64,000 bases of DNA from an uncultured Verrucomicrobiae bacterium (GTDB lineage Bacteria > Verrucomicrobiota > Verrucomicrobiia > Chthoniobacterales > UBA10450). Position 1 is the stretch's first letter, and every line of letters begins with the position of its first letter. Under the pieces are notes generated by a model that did no database searches, was not told the origin of the DNA, and was given only the letters and a program-made list of their open reading frames with translations. Made by a program: the position numbers and the translations under genes. Shown in pieces: positions 1 through 9,788 of the stretch. The stretch is taken from positions 704,001 to 768,000 of the forward strand of contig CAWFGO010000001.1 in NCBI GenBank assembly GCA_963815455.1, read 5' to 3'.

Positions 1-572
1 CCCCATGGCGCGTTGATGATGCGGATCGCGGCCATGACGTTCTCCAGATTCGCCAGCGGTTCGCCCATGCCCATGAAGACGATATTGTCGATCTTCTCGC
101 CGCTCTCCCTTTCGATCGCGATGATTTGATCCACAATTTCACCCGGGCGCAGATTACGGGTAAATCCGTCCAAACCGCTCGCGCAAAATTTGCAGCCGTA
201 CGCGCAACCAACCTGGGTCGAGATACAAATCGTTCGGCGATCGGATTTTTGGCCGTAAAGCGCCGGCGAGGCCGGGATCAATACGGATTCGATCAAATTT
301 CCGTCCTCGAGCCGGAAAAGAAATTTCTGCGTCGTGTCGCTCGATCCCAGCACACGGACGATGTCGATCCTGCCGAAGGAGAATTTGTCCGCCAGCTGCG
401 TCCGCAATGGTTGCGACAGATCGGTCATCTTGTCGAATGCATCCACTCGCTTCTGGTAAAGCCAGCTGACGATCTGGCTGGCGCGATAGGAAGGCTCATC
501 CAGTTTGCGCAGCTCTTCCTCGAGCTCATCCGCTTGAAGGGACTTGATGTCGATCCTGGCCGCTTTCGTCAC
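1..572 (-). CDS. rlmN: 23S rRNA/tRNA m2A methyltransferase RlmN (5' part; runs off window)
   Basis: Manual minus-strand translation from GTG at 572 gives TICVSTQVGCAYGCKFCASG (radical SAM CxxxCxxC) and NIVFMGMGEPLAN. Not in the ORF track. Confidence 0.95.
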   Translation of the reverse strand, partial: MTKAARIDIKSLQADELEEELRKLDEPSYRASQIVSWLYQKRVDAFDKMTDLSQPLRTQLADKFSFGRIDIVRVLGSSDTTQKFLFRLEDGNLIESVLIPASPALYGQKSDRRTICISTQVGCAYGCKFCASGLDGFTRNLRPGEIVDQIIAIERESGEKIDNIVFMGMGEPLANLENVMAAIRIINAPW

Positions 573-632
573 GGGCAAACTTACCGGACGGCGGAGCTTG
601 CATCAAACATCGCCACAGTTAGGTTCGTTCCT

Positions 633-824
633 GTGAACAAACGCTTCGCAATTTACGCTGTAATCCTTTCGGCAATCACTTCACTTCTGGGTGGTTGCGC
701 TTCCGATTCCGGCGGGGAAACCACTTCACAACCTGCGGCGGCGGTTCCTGGCCAAAACCGCGGCGGTGAAGAGGTGACACCTGGGATGGGCCCCAGCGGC
801 CCGAGCGCAAACGTTCGTTGGTAG
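633..824 (+). CDS. small lipoprotein, hypothetical
   Basis: GTG start; basic/hydrophobic signal with lipobox LLGGC; the longer 126..824 ORF is an antisense shadow of rlmN. Confidence 0.7.
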   Translation: MNKRFAIYAVILSAITSLLGGCASDSGGETTSQPAAAVPGQNRGGEEVTPGMGPSGPSANVRW

Positions 825-852
825 CGCAAAAGACGCCGCTACGAGTTCTGGC

Positions 853-1197
853 TCAATCGGTCAACGTGATCGTTCCCGTCACGCTCCGGGTCTGGACCCC
901 CCAACTGCCATAGGGCACGCTCTCGTTGTCGTGCACGACTAACGAGGAAGCCTTAAATTTCTTACCGTTCGCGACGAGAAGAGCCTTCTTGCGCCACGCT
1001 TCCTTGAGCTCTTCGACGCCGGAATGCCCATAAACAGAGCGATAACTCACGGCGGTGATCTCGAAACTCCTCGGGTAGAATGGCGAAACCGTGAACGAAA
1101 TGAATCGTGAAATGCCGGCGGGACGCGGCTCGGGCGCGGCGCATCCGGCAAGAAGAATTACCGCCGTGGTTGCGATGGCGCAGAAACACAAACGCAT
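853..1197 (-). CDS. hypothetical lipoprotein
   Basis: Signal peptide with LLAGC lipobox followed by a small globular region. Confidence 0.7.
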   Translation of the reverse strand: MRLCFCAIATTAVILLAGCAAPEPRPAGISRFISFTVSPFYPRSFEITAVSYRSVYGHSGVEELKEAWRKKALLVANGKKFKASSLVVHDNESVPYGSWGVQTRSVTGTITLTD

Positions 1198-1213
1198 CTC
1201 CAAGCCGTTCGTC

Positions 1214-1877
1214 CTACATCAGGGGTTCGACAGCAGTCCGCTTGCTCTCTTGCGTGAAGAGAATCAGCTTTCGAGCCAGGGATTCCGCTGCCTCGTTGGC
1301 CATTCGCGGCCAAAGACCGGGATTTGCTTCCAGGTTTTCCAGCGATGTCGTCGTATTGCTCGTAGCCCATTCGTCCTTCTTCCAAATGACTTTGCCGTCG
1401 CGGCCCAGTAACGTTAGCTTGGCGGTTATTACCGCGCCAAGTTGACGATTGTTGACCGGCCCTATCCCGTAGGCTCCGATTTCAATCTTTAAGGTTGTGT
1501 CGGCATTCGCCGTTACCAGCTTCATCGGCGACGTTTTCAGCGCCGCTTCCATGTGGCGACGCACCAAATCGCGAATGTCCACCGGATGCTTCGACGCAGC
1601 TGCATCGAATCTCTTGAATCCAGGGCCCTCCGAACCTGCCCCGATCATCGCTCCAATTAACGCGCCCGCCAGCCCGCCACTCGCCCCGATTCCGCGGGCC
1701 CGCTTGCCGGTGATGTCCCGGTAAACGTAATGATCCGGAGCTTTGATGTCGGGGCTGAGCGCAACAGTTCGGGTACTTGCTCCGGTCCACGGAACTGAAC
1801 GGCTGCTGGGCACAACTCGCCAACGCGACGAGGGCGGGCACCGACAGGAGACGAAGATATCTGGTTCTTAAAATCAT
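1214..1877 (-). CDS. hypothetical lipoprotein (frameshifted near 1771)
   Basis: Lipobox ALASC in ORF 1482..1877 joins ORF 1214..1813 (RTVALSPDIK..., Gly-rich GGLAGALIGAMIG) if one base is removed from the homopolymer at 1771-1773. Confidence 0.7.
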
Positions 1878-1971
1878 CGTGGGATGTTGTTAGGAAGCCT
1901 GCGAAATGTCAATCCGAGACTTCCCCAAAAAACAGCTTGAAGAACGACAGCGCACGTAGATAAGAGCGACG

Positions 1972-2740
1972 ATGCAGAAACCGCGGACGCCGCTCACAAT
2001 TGGATGGGAAGCGGCCCGGGCCAACGCGGTTCCGGCGCTCGTTATTCAGGCAATCATGATGGGATTGCTGGTCGCCTATTACTGCAACAACACTGTCTTT
2101 TCAGCATTGAATCAGTTGGCCAATTACAAGCGCACCCATGGACTTGCCCTTTGTTATCATCGCTTCAATCGTCGCAGGCGCGCTAATTCCGGAAGCTTTC
2201 CTGATCCTGTTCTTTCAGCGTGGCCGGCCGAATCGCCGCAACTTGCGCAACCTGCTGTTCACGATTCCGGTCTGGGGTTTCGACGGGTCACTGGTCGATC
2301 TTCTCTATCGGAGTGAAGCCGCCTGGTTCGGCGATGTCGTGACATTGCCAGTCGTGCTGGCCAAGATTTGTGTCGATCAATTCGGTTACAACCCGTTGTT
2401 TGCCGCGCCGTTCGGGGTCCTGACCTACGAATGGAAAAACAACGGCGTTTCCATGGGACCCGTTCGTGATCTTTTCACGTGGCAACATTATCGCGACAAA
2501 ATCATTCCGACATTGCTCGCCACGTGGGTTGTCTGGATTCCGTTGATGGCAATCATTTATTCGTTGCCGCTGGCTCTTCAGTTTCCGCTGTTCGGACTGG
2601 CGCTTTCGTTCTGGGTCCTGCTCCTGACCTACATGACGAATCGTTTTGCCGGAAAAATCGAAGCCGATGCGCCGATGGCGCTCGCGACTAGCGGAAAATT
2701 GAACCGCCGATTACGCGGATTCAAACGGATCGGGTCTTAA
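1972..2740 (+). CDS. Mpv17/PMP22-like integral membrane protein (frameshifted near 2148)
   Basis: KICVDQFGYNP and TWVVWIP...IYSLPLALQ motifs; two ORFs join at CCC 2147-2149. Confidence 0.75.
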
Positions 2741-3512
2741 GAAGATTCTGTGAAATGGCGGAGCGCTTCATGAACGCCAGCGCCGTGGTTACGCTGGGCA
2801 ACGTAACCGCTCGCGCCACGCACGGTCTCCTTAACTTCTGGAATTGCGTTTGCCGGACAGGAAGCGAGCAGCGCGACTTTCCCGTCCAGCATCGAGATAT
2901 CGTTGTGATGATCGCCGGCGGCGAAAATATTTTCGCGCGGGATGTCGATCAGGCGCGCCAGTTCGGCCAGGGCTGCGCCTTTGTGATAGTCGGCATGACA
3001 AAAACGCAGAAAAACCGTGTTGCGCTGGTAATGAAACTTCGGCTCGTTCGCCCGGGCCCGATCGATAAATTCGACGATGCGGTCCAATTCAGCGTCGCTC
3101 GCCGCGACCAATCCTTCCAGACCTTCGGAATGATAAATGAGACGCGCCTTGGTCTTCTGGGTCACGAAATCGACCACCTCGGCCAGGATCGAGTGGGCGG
3201 ACGTAAATAGCTCCGCGTGATCCTGGGCCACTCGCTTGTTCCAATCGCCCAACGGCTCCCATTTCTCGCCATTCGTCCCCGGCTGGAAAATGTCGCGCTC
3301 ACTGGTGAGAATAAAATCCGGGCGGATCGGGACGGCGAAATCGGCCAGGCCGGATTCGAGCAAATCGACCGAGCGGCCGGTATTGATCGCCCAAACGCGC
3401 CGGCGTCTTGCAAATTGCGGATCAACTCCATGCATGGCTGATCCAGGACCGGCTCGCTCACGCGCGAAACGAGGGTGCCGTCAAAATCGGTGCTGATAAG
3501 CCGGATGTTCAT
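2737..3512 (-). CDS. HAD-superfamily (Cof/IIB-type) hydrolase (frameshifted near 3395)
   Basis: Motif I STDFDGTL in ORF 3162..3512; NTGR, HKGAAL and AAGDHHND motifs in ORF 2737..3435. Confidence 0.9.
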
Positions 3513-3601
3513 GTAGATATTCTACCTTGGCCGTGCCGATGTTGTCGCGCCGTAGCGCACGGAGGCGGATGGCGAAGGCGGGTCGATCTTACAATTGATT
3601 C

Positions 3602-3668
3602 GATTATGAGCAGGAGCAACCCGCCTTCGCAAAAAGCTACGGCGTGGCATAGAGTAAGAGCAAGAGTC
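3602..3668. repeat. REP-like element (family F1) nested in GAGCAA-type hexamer tract
   Basis: ccgccttcgcaaaaagctacggcgtggca (3621-3649) matches the reverse complement of 24724-24752; flanked by gattat-gagcag-gagcaa and agagta-agagca-agagtc. Confidence 0.8.
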
Positions 3669-3674
3669 TAAACG

Positions 3675-3965
3675 ATGAAATCAGCTTACGAATTGGCGAT
3701 GGAACGGCTCCAAAAAGGCGCGCCCTCGGTCTCGCTAACCGATGATCAAAAGAAGGAGCTCGCTGAAATCGATTCGAAATTTAAGGCGAAAATTGCGGAA
3801 AAGGAACTTTTCCTGAAGGACCAGATTCGCAATGCTCAAACAGCGGGCAAGTTCGACGAAGTGGAATCGCTGGAAAAGCAGCTCGTTACTGAAATTCGCC
3901 GGTTGCAAGAAGATTGCGAGGCGAAGAAGGAGAAATTGCGGGCGAGTTTCGGCGCCGGTTGTTAG
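3675..3965 (+). CDS. conserved small coiled-coil hypothetical protein
   Basis: ATG ORF MKSAYELAMERL..., charged and helical, fills an intergenic gap. Confidence 0.85.
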   Translation: MKSAYELAMERLQKGAPSVSLTDDQKKELAEIDSKFKAKIAEKELFLKDQIRNAQTAGKFDEVESLEKQLVTEIRRLQEDCEAKKEKLRASFGAGC

Positions 3966-4002
3966 ATCGACATCGGGTGGATCGAGCGCTCCGCGCTCGA
4001 TG

Positions 4003-4971
4003 TTAAATTTGAGGCGGCAAAGCCGCCACTTTTTCTGCCATCGCCCGCGGAGCGGCCGATCCACCCTGGCCGCGTCTGGGCAAATCGGGATCGAGGAAGC
4101 CGAGCATATGCGCTCGTTTGATGGTGCGGACCCCTTCCCGTTTTTGCAGTTCTTCGATGCTCTGACGGAACCCTTCCATCTTAATCCAGTGAACCTTTGG
4201 GCGGAAATGATGCTCGGCGTGATAGCCGTTGTAGAAAAACAGCCAATTGTAGATCTTGCCGTAGCTGCTTACGCCCCAGGCAATCGGTTTGTCGGGATTC
4301 GCGCCGTAATGACGGTAGTAGCCGTTCAGATAACTGAAGCAATGGCCGAGATAAAAGAACGGTAGAAAATAGAAAATGACGTAGCGCCAATTCAACAAGG
4401 CCATCACCGCCAGCGTAGTGGCGAATGCGGCCAGCTCGATGTTGCCCCAAAACAGATCGCCGTTGCTCCGCTTGCGCAGTTCCCGCCGGATTGCGCCGAT
4501 GTCGTCGCGAAAGAGACTGAGAAACACGTAGCTCCAGGGATTTTCCGCCTCGCCGTCGTGGCCGTGTTTGTAGATCGAGAGCCAGTCGATCGTCTCGCCA
4601 TTCTCATCCTGCCGATCCGAATTGCCCTTATGATGCTGCATGTGGACGGCATCGTAATAGGTCTGGGAGAAGCAACAAGCGACCGATTGGGTGATTCCGA
4701 AAAAGCGGTTCAGCAGTTTCGAGCGAAAGAACGGGTTATGGATAAAATTGTGGCCGATCCCATTGATGTTGGCATTGACCATCAACGCGTAGATGAAGCC
4801 GAGAACCAGCATCACCCAGAGCGGGGCGTGCGGATAAAGGAAAAAGAGGCCGACAAAGTAAGCGAGATGAAAAAGGCCGGCCAAGGCGGGGACGGCGTCC
4901 CAGCGCGTATGGGCGAAGAGTTTTGAATTCGTCGTCGGGCGTTCAACTCGAATGGGGTCAGCGGTAGTCAT
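4003..4971 (-). CDS. membrane fatty acid desaturase family protein
   Basis: Three His boxes HNFIH, HMQHH, YHAEHH plus TM segments. Confidence 0.9.
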   Translation of the reverse strand: MTTADPIRVERPTTNSKLFAHTRWDAVPALAGLFHLAYFVGLFFLYPHAPLWVMLVLGFIYALMVNANINGIGHNFIHNPFFRSKLLNRFFGITQSVACCFSQTYYDAVHMQHHKGNSDRQDENGETIDWLSIYKHGHDGEAENPWSYVFLSLFRDDIGAIRRELRKRSNGDLFWGNIELAAFATTLAVMALLNWRYVIFYFLPFFYLGHCFSYLNGYYRHYGANPDKPIAWGVSSYGKIYNWLFFYNGYHAEHHFRPKVHWIKMEGFRQSIEELQKREGVRTIKRAHMLGFLDPDLPRRGQGGSAAPRAMAEKVAALPPQI

Positions 4972-5063
4972 CGCGCTTCGGTAAATCCGAGAGATTGTAT
5001 ATCTTTGGCGGGGGTTCGAGTTTTAGCAAGCTCGGCCAAGGCCGCGAAAATACATTGGCCTAA

Positions 5064-5189
5064 GGGCGATTCGCCGCAGGCATCCCTCTCGACGGAGACG
5101 CAATAGCCTCTCGACGTGAGTCAGATGCCTTACGGCTAGCCCGCGGACCAACGACCCTTCGCCGACACCGCGGGATCGGCGGATCGCCC
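5064..5189. other. structured intergenic element (three-stem inverted repeats)
   Basis: gggcgattcgccg/cggcggatcgccc, aggcatc/gatgcct, cccgcgg/ccgcggg. Confidence 0.5.
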
Positions 5190-5193
5190 CGCG

Positions 5194-5379
5194 CTACAAC
5201 TGCTCGATTTCCTCTCGGATCGCTTGCTTTGTTTTCCCCAGTTTCGACTGGAGCCGGCCGAGGAGTTCATCGTCTTTGCCATTGGCAAATGCGAGGTCGT
5301 CGTCCGTCAATTGGCCGTACTTCTGTTTCAGCTTACCCTTAATTTCGTTCCAATTCCCTTTTAGCTCTAGATTCGTCAT
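5194..5379 (-). CDS. CsbD/YjbJ family stress protein
   Basis: KGNWNEIKGKLKQKYGQLTDDDL signature, 61 aa. Confidence 0.93.
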   Translation of the reverse strand: MTNLELKGNWNEIKGKLKQKYGQLTDDDLAFANGKDDELLGRLQSKLGKTKQAIREEIEQL

Positions 5380-5496
5380 AGTATTTAAGAATTCGTTTTT
5401 CAGGCGTAAATTGGTTCCCTTTTCGCGATCTGATAATTCACGCAGTTGGGATTTGCCAATGTCGATCTTGCCAGCCTAATTTAGCGCCCCTTCCCG

Positions 5497-6483
5497 ATGT
5501 TTGCCCGTCAGCCAGAGATGAAGATTTTCAGCGGTTCGGCGAACCGCGAACTGGCGGAGCGTATCTGCAAATACATCGGCACCCCACTCGGGCAGGCTTC
5601 GGTGAAATCGTTTCCGGACGGGGAAACTTACGTGCGGATCGAGGAGAATATCCGGGGACACGACGTGTTCATCATTCAACCGACTTGTCCGCCGACGAAC
5701 CAGCATCTGATGGAATTGCTCATCATGGTGGATGCGGCTCGGCGAGCGAGCGCAGACCGAATTACCGCGGTGATTCCATTTTTCGGCTACGCGCGCCAGG
5801 ACCGCAAAGACCAGCCGCGGGTGCCGATCACGGCCAAACTGGTGGCGAATCTTCTTTACGCTTCGGGGGTAAACCGGGTCTTGACGATGGATCTGCACGC
5901 GCAACAAGTGCAGGGCTTTTTCGATATTCCGGTGGACCATCTCTATTCGCTCCCGGTGTTGATCAAATATCTCCGTGGGCGCTTGACCGCCGGGAAGACG
6001 GTGGTGGTTTCGCCCGACTTGGGCGGGTTGAAAATGGCTTCGGCTTATGCAGACGCGCTGGGAACAAATCTGGCCATTGTAGCCAAGGAACGGAAGACCG
6101 CGACGGAGACCGAGGCGCTCTATCTCATTGGCGATGTGAAGGATCGGGACGTGCTCCTGGTCGATGATCTCACCGAAACGGCGGGCACACTGACTTCGGC
6201 CACCAATCTCCTGAAAAAGAACGGCGCGCTGGACGTTTACGCCGGGGTGGCCCACGCGGTCCTGGTAGATGTTGCAATTCCCCGGTTGCAAAAGTCTGGG
6301 ATTGCGGAATTAATAACGACCAACAGCACGCCAGTGCGCACCGTCGAAGGGTTTTCGATCAAGGTGCTGTGCGTCTCCGAGCTCCTGGGCGAAGGGATAA
6401 AGCGGATTCATAACGATGAGTCCGTGTCGTCGCTGTTTAAGATCGACAACGGCAAAAAGAAGCAAGATGGCAAAACAAGTTAA
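5497..6483 (+). CDS. prs: ribose-phosphate pyrophosphokinase
   Basis: FPDGE, GYARQDRK, VVSPDLGG, LVDDLTETAGT motifs; alternative start at 5518. Confidence 0.97.
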   Translation: MFARQPEMKIFSGSANRELAERICKYIGTPLGQASVKSFPDGETYVRIEENIRGHDVFIIQPTCPPTNQHLMELLIMVDAARRASADRITAVIPFFGYARQDRKDQPRVPITAKLVANLLYASGVNRVLTMDLHAQQVQGFFDIPVDHLYSLPVLIKYLRGRLTAGKTVVVSPDLGGLKMASAYADALGTNLAIVAKERKTATETEALYLIGDVKDRDVLLVDDLTETAGTLTSATNLLKKNGALDVYAGVAHAVLVDVAIPRLQKSGIAELITTNSTPVRTVEGFSIKVLCVSELLGEGIKRIHNDESVSSLFKIDNGKKKQDGKTS

Positions 6484-7177
6484 ACTTAAAGTTGAGCGGC
6501 GCGACACCACGGGCCGGTCTGCAGTGCGCAAGTTAAAGGCGCGCGGGATCGTTCCGGCGGTGATCTACGGCGCCAAGGATAAGCCCCAACCCTTACAGGT
6601 GGCGGCGCGCGATATTAACGCCATGTTCAGCCACGCTTCCGGCGAAAACATTCTGGTCGAGCTCGAAATCGCCGGCGAGAAATCCAACCGCATGGCCCTC
6701 GTCCAGGAAGTGCAACACTCCCCATTAGGCGGGAATGTTTTGCATGTCGATTTTCATGCCATCTCGATGGATGAGAAGATTCACGCGGAAGTTCCGCTGG
6801 AACCGGTGGGCATCGCCGAAGGGGTCAAGAATTTTGGCGGCTTGCTCGAGCAGAGCTTGCGCGCGCTGCCGATCGAATGTTTGCCCAAGGATCTGCCGGA
6901 TCGGATTACCGTCGATGTCTCGGCGCTGAACATCGGCGACTCGATTCACGTTCGCGACATTCAACTTCCTTCCGGCGTCGCCGCGAAAGTGCAGCTCGAT
7001 CTCACCGTGTTCTCGGTGCTTGCGCCGGTCACCGAGGAGGAGCCCGTCCCGGTTGCGGCAGAAGGCGCCGCGGCAGGCCCGGAAGTCATTACCGAGAAGA
7101 AGAAGGACGAAGGCGAAGCCGAGGCTGCTCCGGCAGGGAAAGAAAAAGCGGCTCCAAAGGACAAAGAGAAAAAGTAA
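6467..7177 (+). CDS. rplY: 50S ribosomal protein L25/Ctc
   Basis: ATG 6467 MAKQVKL; GIVPAVIYG, HVDF, GDSIHVRD; acidic/Ala-rich tail. Confidence 0.96.
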   Translation: MAKQVKLKVERRDTTGRSAVRKLKARGIVPAVIYGAKDKPQPLQVAARDINAMFSHASGENILVELEIAGEKSNRMALVQEVQHSPLGGNVLHVDFHAISMDEKIHAEVPLEPVGIAEGVKNFGGLLEQSLRALPIECLPKDLPDRITVDVSALNIGDSIHVRDIQLPSGVAAKVQLDLTVFSVLAPVTEEEPVPVAAEGAAAGPEVITEKKKDEGEAEAAPAGKEKAAPKDKEKK

Positions 7178-7181
7178 TCCA

Positions 7182-7212
7182 TTTTCGATTGTCGATCTTG
7201 GATTGCCGATTG
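7182..7212. repeat. heptamer tandem repeat (TTNNCGA-type)
   Basis: ttttcga ttgtcga tcttgga ttgccga between rplY and pth. Confidence 0.65.
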
Positions 7213-7219
7213 AGCGACC

Positions 7220-7804
7220 GTGGAAGAAAAACCGATTCGGTTGGTCGCCGGTCTTGGAAATCCCGGCCCGGAATACGCGGCCACACGCCACAACATCGGG
7301 TTCATGGTAGTCGATCGGTTGGCGGCCAAACTTGGATCGACGTGGGAAAAAGCGGCCAAGAGCGAGGCGCTGTCGGCCAAGTGCGGCGGAGCGCTCCTGG
7401 TTAAGCCGATGAGCTTTATGAATCGCAGCGGGCATCCGCTTTTCGCGATCGCGCAGTTTTACAAAATCGACCCGGCAGAAATGCTCGTGGTGCTGGACGA
7501 CATGGCTTTGCCGCTGGGCCGGCTCCGGTTGCGATCGGGCGGCGGAACCGGCGGTCACAACGGGCTGGACTCGATCATCATGCAGTTCGGAACGGATGAG
7601 ATTCCGCGGATGCGCATTGGAATTGGTGAAGCCCCGCCGGCGGGCTCGGTCGATTATGTGTTGAGCAGATTTTTTGAGGAAGAAAAACCGATGATAGGAT
7701 CGACAATCGATCGGGCGGTCGAGGCGGCGAAATGCGCGATTGACAACGGCCTCGTTTCCGCGATGAACACTTTCAACCGAAAGTACAAAACCGAAGAATC
7801 ATGA
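7220..7804 (+). CDS. pth: peptidyl-tRNA hydrolase
   Basis: GLGNPGPEYAATRHNIGF, KPMSFMNRSG, GGHNGL. Confidence 0.97.
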   Translation: MEEKPIRLVAGLGNPGPEYAATRHNIGFMVVDRLAAKLGSTWEKAAKSEALSAKCGGALLVKPMSFMNRSGHPLFAIAQFYKIDPAEMLVVLDDMALPLGRLRLRSGGGTGGHNGLDSIIMQFGTDEIPRMRIGIGEAPPAGSVDYVLSRFFEEEKPMIGSTIDRAVEAAKCAIDNGLVSAMNTFNRKYKTEES

Positions 7805-8139
7805 AGAATCGTTACGAAGCGTTGGTTGTGCTCAATGCCCAGGGCACGGAAGATTCCATCAAGGATATTATCGATCGATTGGAATCCGAGTTTAAGAAGG
7901 AAGGGGCCGAGATCGAGCAGGTCCAAAAGATGGACAAACGTCAGTTTGCCTACCAGGCCGGGGCACTCGACGCCGGGTATTACGTCAACTTTGTTTTCCA
8001 ATGCCAGCCGGATCTGGTCGCAAAACTGCGCGCGAAATTCAAGCTCGATCCGGAGGTTTATCGTCAAAGTTACGTGCGCCTGCCCGAGAAGAAGGAGAAA
8101 AAGGAAAGGGCGCCAAAAAAGCTGGCGAAAGCCAAGTAA
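7801..8139 (+). CDS. rpsF: 30S ribosomal protein S6
   Basis: RYEALVVL, KRQFAY, GYYV motifs; position between pth and ssb. Confidence 0.92.
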   Translation: MKNRYEALVVLNAQGTEDSIKDIIDRLESEFKKEGAEIEQVQKMDKRQFAYQAGALDAGYYVNFVFQCQPDLVAKLRAKFKLDPEVYRQSYVRLPEKKEKKERAPKKLAKAK

Positions 8140-8157
8140 CCTCGTTATAACCGAGGC

Positions 8158-8619
8158 ATGGCCAGCTTTAATAAAGTTCTTCTGCTCGGAAATCTGACGC
8201 GCGACCCCGAAGTCCGCTATACTCCAAAAGGGAGCGCCGTTTGCGATCTGGGCATCGCGGTGAACCGGGTTTATACGACCGACAGCGGAGAGAAGCGCGA
8301 GGAAGCGACTTTTGTCGATGTCACCCTGTGGGGGCGGACCGCCGAGGTTGCCGGCGAATATTTGAAAAAGGGGCGACCGGTTTTCATCGAAGGCAGGCTT
8401 CAGCTCGATTCCTGGGACGACAAACAGACAGGCCAGAAGCGGTCCAAACTCAAGGTCATTGGCGAGGGCATGCAATTGCTCGGTGGCGGGCGACCAGGCG
8501 GCGGCGGGGCGGGCGCTCCTGCGGAAGCCGGCGGAGAAGATCGGCCGGCGAGCAAGTCAAGCGCGCCACCGAAACCAGGCGCATCGGCTGGACCCGACGA
8601 AGACGAGATTCCGTTTTAA
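8158..8619 (+). CDS. ssb: single-stranded DNA-binding protein
   Basis: [19 protein letters not shown]-terminal DEIPF. Confidence 0.98.
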   Translation: MASFNKVLLLGNLTRDPEVRYTPKGSAVCDLGIAVNRVYTTDSGEKREEATFVDVTLWGRTAEVAGEYLKKGRPVFIEGRLQLDSWDDKQTGQKRSKLKVIGEGMQLLGGGRPGGGGAGAPAEAGGEDRPASKSSAPPKPGASAGPDEDEIPF

Positions 8620-8621
8620 CG

Positions 8622-8677
8622 GTGGCATCGGCATCCTGCCGATGGGTTAATGCACACGGGCTGGAAGTCCATGCCAC
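8622..8677. repeat. REP-like palindromic element (family F3)
   Basis: gtggcat...atgccac terminal inverted repeat with internal catcggca/tgccgatg hairpin. Confidence 0.7.
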
Positions 8678-8686
8678 GATCCTAAT

Positions 8687-9788
8687 ATGAACGCGACCGA
8701 AGCCTGCATCGCGCTCAATATGCTCCCGACGATGGGGCCGGTGCGGCTACGCAAGCTGCTGGAGGTTTTCAAGGAACCGCAGCAAGTCCTCAACGCGAAA
8801 CGGAGCGATCTTCGAAAAGTGGAGGGAATCGGGAACGAAGTCGTCGAGCAAATCTCAAATTGGGAATCGATTGTCGATCTTGCCGCGGAGCTAAAACGGG
8901 TTCGTGATTTTGGCGCGACGGTGATCACGCAAGAATCGCCGTCGTATCCGAAATCGTTGCGGGAGATTCATGCGCCGCCGATCGTGCTTTACGTTTGGGG
9001 CGAACTGGCAGAGCGCGATCACCACGCCATCGGTATCATCGGCTCGCGACGAACAACCCATTACGGAACTGAATCGGCGAAAAAATTGGCCTATCAACTT
9101 GCCTACGCCGGTTTGACCGTGGTGAGCGGGCTGGCCCGCGGGATCGACACCGCCGCGCATCAGGGAGCGCTCGCTGCCAAAGGGCGCACCATCGCGGTAA
9201 TCGGTTCGGGACTGTCGAAGTTGTATCCGCCCGAGAACAGCGTGTTGGCGGAGAAAATTCGCGATGGAAACGGCGCGGTTGTTTCCGAATTTTCCATGGA
9301 AATTGAGCCGGACCGGCAAACTTTCCCGATGCGGAACCGAATCATTTCCGGGTGGAGCCACGGCATTCTGGTGGTGGAAGCGGGATTGAACAGCGGCGCG
9401 CTGATCACGGCTTCGCAGGCGCTGGAACAGGGCCGGTCCGTTTACGCGGTTCCCGGTCACATCAACGCGCCCAGTGCGGTCGGATCTAACCGTCTCATCC
9501 AGCAAGGCGCAAAGTTGGTCATGGATGCGAGCGACATCCTGGACGACCTGCAAATTCTACTGCCCGAAACGAAACCATCGCCTGAAGCCGCGGCTGCGCC
9601 CTTTGCCGCCGCTTTCGCCAGAGGAACGCCGGGTTTATGACGCGATCGAAGCCAGCGAGACGCCGATCGATCAAATTGCCGCCAAGTGCGATTTACCAAG
9701 CGCGACGGTTTCTTCCACGCTCTTGGGCCTGGAGTTGAAACGATTAATTAAACAATTGCCCGGAAAATATTTTGTAAAGCTGGGCTAA
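8687..9788 (+). CDS. dprA: DNA-processing protein DprA (frameshifted near 9595)
   Basis: VSGLARGIDTAAH, FPMRNRIISG, VVEAGLNSGALITA; winged-helix C-terminus (LLGLELKRLIKQLPG) is in ORF 9474..9788. Confidence 0.95.

Noticed and set aside
5380..5480. Sigma54 promoter upstream of csbD (TGGCA motifs on the minus strand)
   Set aside because: GG-N10-GC spacing is not satisfied.
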